Below, in pieces: positions 60,933-64,000 of a stretch of 64,000 bases of DNA. The stretch is from Spirochaetia bacterium (GTDB lineage: Bacteria; Spirochaetota; Spirochaetia; DSM-2461). The DNA is taken from assembly GCA_963668315.1 (NCBI GenBank), contig OY764216.1, positions 128,001 through 192,000 on the forward strand. Direction: 5' to 3'. Made by a program: the position numbers and the translations under genes. A model generated the notes under the pieces. It was not told the DNA's origin and ran no database searches. It was given only the letters and a program-made list of their open reading frames with translations. The stretch's first letter is position 1. Each line of letters starts with the position of its first letter.

Positions 60933-62234
60933 ATGGGTATTATGGATAAACCGATTTCAGCTATTATCGTCGGAGCCGGACACAGGGCTCTTATTTATGC
61001 ATCGCTCGCTCTGGAGAAGCCGGAGCTTCTGAAAATAACCGGTGTGGCCGACCCCTCGCCGGCCAGCCGCGACATGGCGGCCAAAATGTTCGCCATTCCC
61101 CCCGAAAGGTGCTGGGAAAGCGCCGAGGAACTGGCGAAGCTCCCCCGTCAGGCCGATGCGGTCATTAACGGGACCATGGATCATCAGCACGTGCCCACCT
61201 CTCTTCCCTTAATCGAGAAGGGGTATCATATGCTTCTGGAAAAACCCTTCGCCGTAAGCGAGGATGAGATGGATCGTTTCGCCGAAGCCGTGAAAAAAGC
61301 GGGGGTAACCGTCAATATCTGCCACGTCCTGCGTTACGCCCCTTTCTACCAGAGCATTAATCGGGAAATCCGTTCGGGAAAACTGGGAACTATCCTGAAT
61401 ATTCAAGCGTCGGAGCATGTTTCCTACCACCATACGGCCGTCTCCTATGTCCGGGGCAAGTGGGGCAACGAAGCGGCCTGCCACTCCTCCATGCTCATGG
61501 CCAAATGCTGCCACGACCTGGATCTGCTCGTCTGGCTGCAGAGCGGCATCGCCCCGACGGAAGTCTCCAGCTGCGGGACACGGCAGTACTTCCGCGAGGA
61601 GAATGCACCGGAAGGTTCGGGAACCCGCTGCCTCGTCGACTGTTCCTGCGAATCGGAATGCCTCTATTCCGCCCGGAAGCACTATCTGGACCATCCGGAC
61701 CGGTGGAGCTTCTACGTCTGGGATGAACTGAAACATAAGGAAAACCCCACCCTGGCAGAAAAGGAAGCCCTGCTCAAAGGGAGCAGTCCCTACGGACGCT
61801 GCGTCTTCCGATGCGACAACGATGTGGTGGACCACCAGAGCGTGGCCGTCAATTTCGCCAACGGAAGCACCGCCACCCTGAACATGGTGGGGGGATGCGC
61901 CAAACCGGAGAGGAAAATCCATATTATCGGAACGAAGGGAGAACTGGAAGGTGTTCTGGAAGAGGGAAGATACGCCCTTCGCCTCATAGATCCCCGTCCG
62001 GGCTGCGAATACTCCGAAGAGATCGTGGATCTGAACCTGGCCGGGGACTTCAGCGGTGTCAACGGAGGCCACGGCGGCGGAGACGAGGCCCTGGCGGAGG
62101 ATTTTGTCAGAACCCTCACAGGCGAAGAGCCTTCCCCCTCCTCCACGGCACTGGCCGATTCGGTCTACGGACACAGACTGGGATTCAAGGCGGAACAGGC
62201 CCGCCTGGAAAAAAGGGTGATTTCTCTTACCTAG
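60933..62234 (+). CDS. Gfo/Idh/MocA family oxidoreductase
   Basis: IVGAGHR, LLEKP, CHVLRY, SYVRGKW, AKCCHDLD, GHGGGD. Confidence 0.9.
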   Translation: MGIMDKPISAIIVGAGHRALIYASLALEKPELLKITGVADPSPASRDMAAKMFAIPPERCWESAEELAKLPRQADAVINGTMDHQHVPTSLPLIEKGYHMLLEKPFAVSEDEMDRFAEAVKKAGVTVNICHVLRYAPFYQSINREIRSGKLGTILNIQASEHVSYHHTAVSYVRGKWGNEAACHSSMLMAKCCHDLDLLVWLQSGIAPTEVSSCGTRQYFREENAPEGSGTRCLVDCSCESECLYSARKHYLDHPDRWSFYVWDELKHKENPTLAEKEALLKGSSPYGRCVFRCDNDVVDHQSVAVNFANGSTATLNMVGGCAKPERKIHIIGTKGELEGVLEEGRYALRLIDPRPGCEYSEEIVDLNLAGDFSGVNGGHGGGDEALAEDFVRTLTGEEPSPSSTALADSVYGHRLGFKAEQARLEKRVISLT

Positions 62235-63094
62235 TTTTCCAGATAATCATCAAGCATGCGCCGGGCGATACTGCCCGGCTGGGGCAGATCGGGAAGATGC
62301 TCGGGATCAAACCACCGGGCGTCGGTAATCTCCTCTCCGTCGGGGACCGGTTCACCCTCGGGACATTCGGCGGTAAAGCCCAGCATAAGCGAATGGGGCA
62401 TGGGCCACTGCTGGGAATCGAAATAGCGGATATTTTCCACTTCCAGGGAGACCTCTTCCCGTATCTCCCGGCGCACCGCGTCCTCCAGGGACTCCCCGGC
62501 TTCCACAAATCCTGCTATATGGGAATACATGTTGCCGGGAAACCGACCGTTGTGGGCCAGCATAATCCGCCGGCCCCGGGTGATGCGTACGATAATCGCC
62601 GGGGAGAAACGGGGATAGAACATGGCTCCGCAGGAGGTGCATTTCCGGCAGGGTTCATGGTCGACCGGTTCCGTTCTGCCGCCGCAGGTTCCGCAGTACC
62701 GATGGGTTCTCTCCCAGGTGAGAATCTGCCGGCCCCGGGAAAGGGGAAACTGAAACTCCTTCCTCATCCTCCGGAATATCCCGCTGAAAGAGATCCAGGA
62801 ATACCCTGTGGGGAGGGACACGTTCCCTCCGCCGCCGCTGCAGTAAAGGGGAATGATCTCTCCGTTCCTCTCTACCCGGCTGATAAGAAAGGAGAGCGGC
62901 GCCGTCAGCTCCCTTACTTCAAGGGAAGAGAGGGGCATGAAAAGTTTTTCCGTGTCCGGCTCGTCCCAGGACAGGATTTCTTCGGGCAGATCCCGTCCCG
63001 CGACGAAAGATTCATCCTCCGAAAAGAGCAGAAGGAAACCTTCAGAGGGAAGATCCTCTTTTTTTGTTACGGCAAATTCTGTGGTGTATTCCAT
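62231..63094 (-). CDS. nudC: NADH pyrophosphatase NudC
   Basis: Zinc ribbon CGTCG...CTSC, YPR.SPAII, Nudix box GFVEAGESLEDAVRREIREE, SQQWPMPHSLM; start at MEYTT inferred. Confidence 0.92.
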   Translation of the reverse strand: MEYTTEFAVTKKEDLPSEGFLLLFSEDESFVAGRDLPEEILSWDEPDTEKLFMPLSSLEVRELTAPLSFLISRVERNGEIIPLYCSGGGGNVSLPTGYSWISFSGIFRRMRKEFQFPLSRGRQILTWERTHRYCGTCGGRTEPVDHEPCRKCTSCGAMFYPRFSPAIIVRITRGRRIMLAHNGRFPGNMYSHIAGFVEAGESLEDAVRREIREEVSLEVENIRYFDSQQWPMPHSLMLGFTAECPEGEPVPDGEEITDARWFDPEHLPDLPQPGSIARRMLDDYLEN

Positions 63095-63279
63095 AGAATC
63101 AGTATAAGCAAAGCAGATCAGGTTGTACATAGCGATAGGGAGAAGCATTTGTCTCTTGTTTGTATTTTACATTATTACACTTTCTGTTTTTTTTAGAAAT
63201 TTTCTACACTTTTTTTTTATTGCATGTATACTGTTTATTCATTTTTAAATCACAGTAAAAAAAAGGAGACTCTCTACCC

Positions 63280-64000
63280 ATGCCCGAAGTGAATAGAACC
63301 AGGCAATCCATCGCTGTACCTATCATATCGATTTTATTCGCCCTGCTGCTGTTAACGTTCAGCGCCCAAACGATACTTGTCAGCCGTCCTATCAAAAATG
63401 ACATCGTACGGACACAGCAAAAAAACTATACTCTTATTTCCCGGACACTCGCCTCGCTGGTAGGCCTCGAATTTTCCCGTAACGAGAACCTTGTAAGAGA
63501 TCTGGCACGTGTCATGGATGAAGAATTGAACCGAAACACGGAGGAGAAGGCCGTTTTTCAGGAAACAATGGATAAACTTCTCAATACGAACTCCGCCTTT
63601 CAGACGGCTTTCGTTCTTGATGCCAGGGGGAATGTCATATCCAGTACGTCTGGCGATCTGATGGGGCAGGATCTCTCGGACCGAGAGTATTATATGGCCC
63701 TCGCCTTTGAAGGCAAGGAAGTATATACAACAAAAAAAGCCCTTATCTCGCGGTCCAGCGGACAAACATCCATTGTCCATGCCGCCGCTCTGAAGCAGGA
63801 AGGAACGCTTGCGTATATTCTGGGGACGACTTATAACCTGAAACTTTTCGCCGAAGAGCATTTTCTTCTGGATGATGGGGATAATTACGGAGAGCTTTTT
63901 CTCCTCGACGGAGACGGAGAATTCCTGATTCACCCCAGGGATGAACTCCGTTTTACCTCCTCTCTGGGGCTTTCCCCCATATTCGGAGAGGTTCTGGAGA
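63280..64000 (+). CDS. Membrane protein with dCache sensor domain (chemoreceptor or sensor, runs off the window end; not in ORF track)
   Basis: Manual translation MPEVNRTRQSIAVPIISILFALLLL...AFVLDARGNVI..GQDLSDREYY...ISRSSG...LLDGDGEFLIHP; AAGGAG SD; frame open to the end. Confidence 0.85.
   Translation, partial: MPEVNRTRQSIAVPIISILFALLLLTFSAQTILVSRPIKNDIVRTQQKNYTLISRTLASLVGLEFSRNENLVRDLARVMDEELNRNTEEKAVFQETMDKLLNTNSAFQTAFVLDARGNVISSTSGDLMGQDLSDREYYMALAFEGKEVYTTKKALISRSSGQTSIVHAAALKQEGTLAYILGTTYNLKLFAEEHFLLDDGDNYGELFLLDGDGEFLIHPRDELRFTSSLGLSPIFGEVLE

Overview
Gene-dense chromosomal window, most likely from an anaerobic free-living spirochaete (Spirochaetales-like). That assignment is inferred from a spirochaete-style 'FVFANG' signal peptide, a Flavo-1-like RNA element and many Cache/PAS sensors; it was not tested by search. 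The main feature is a complete Group II Mo-nitrogenase system split into two operons: nifH-nifI1-nifI2-nifD-nifK (20342-24967) and nifE-nifN-nifB-2Fe2S ferredoxin-nifV (32595-38223), separated by about 7.6 kb of unrelated genes. Each operon has its own sigma54 (-24/-12) promoter. Both also share a 19-bp upstream motif with a TAC-N6-GTA core, closer to AnfA/VnfA sites than to the canonical NifA UAS. The window also holds a GH38 alpha-mannosidase/sugar ABC/GntR locus, enolase, acetate kinase, an AT-rich single-ORF IS1-like transposase, several sensor kinases, a diguanylate cyclase and chemoreceptors. A compact FGGY kinase-gatD-gatZ operon suggests PTS-independent hexitol/tagatose catabolism. A dozen or more genes have a -10 hexamer 5-7 nt before the start codon and no SD, consistent with widespread leaderless mRNAs. 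No rRNA, tRNA or CRISPR array was recognised.
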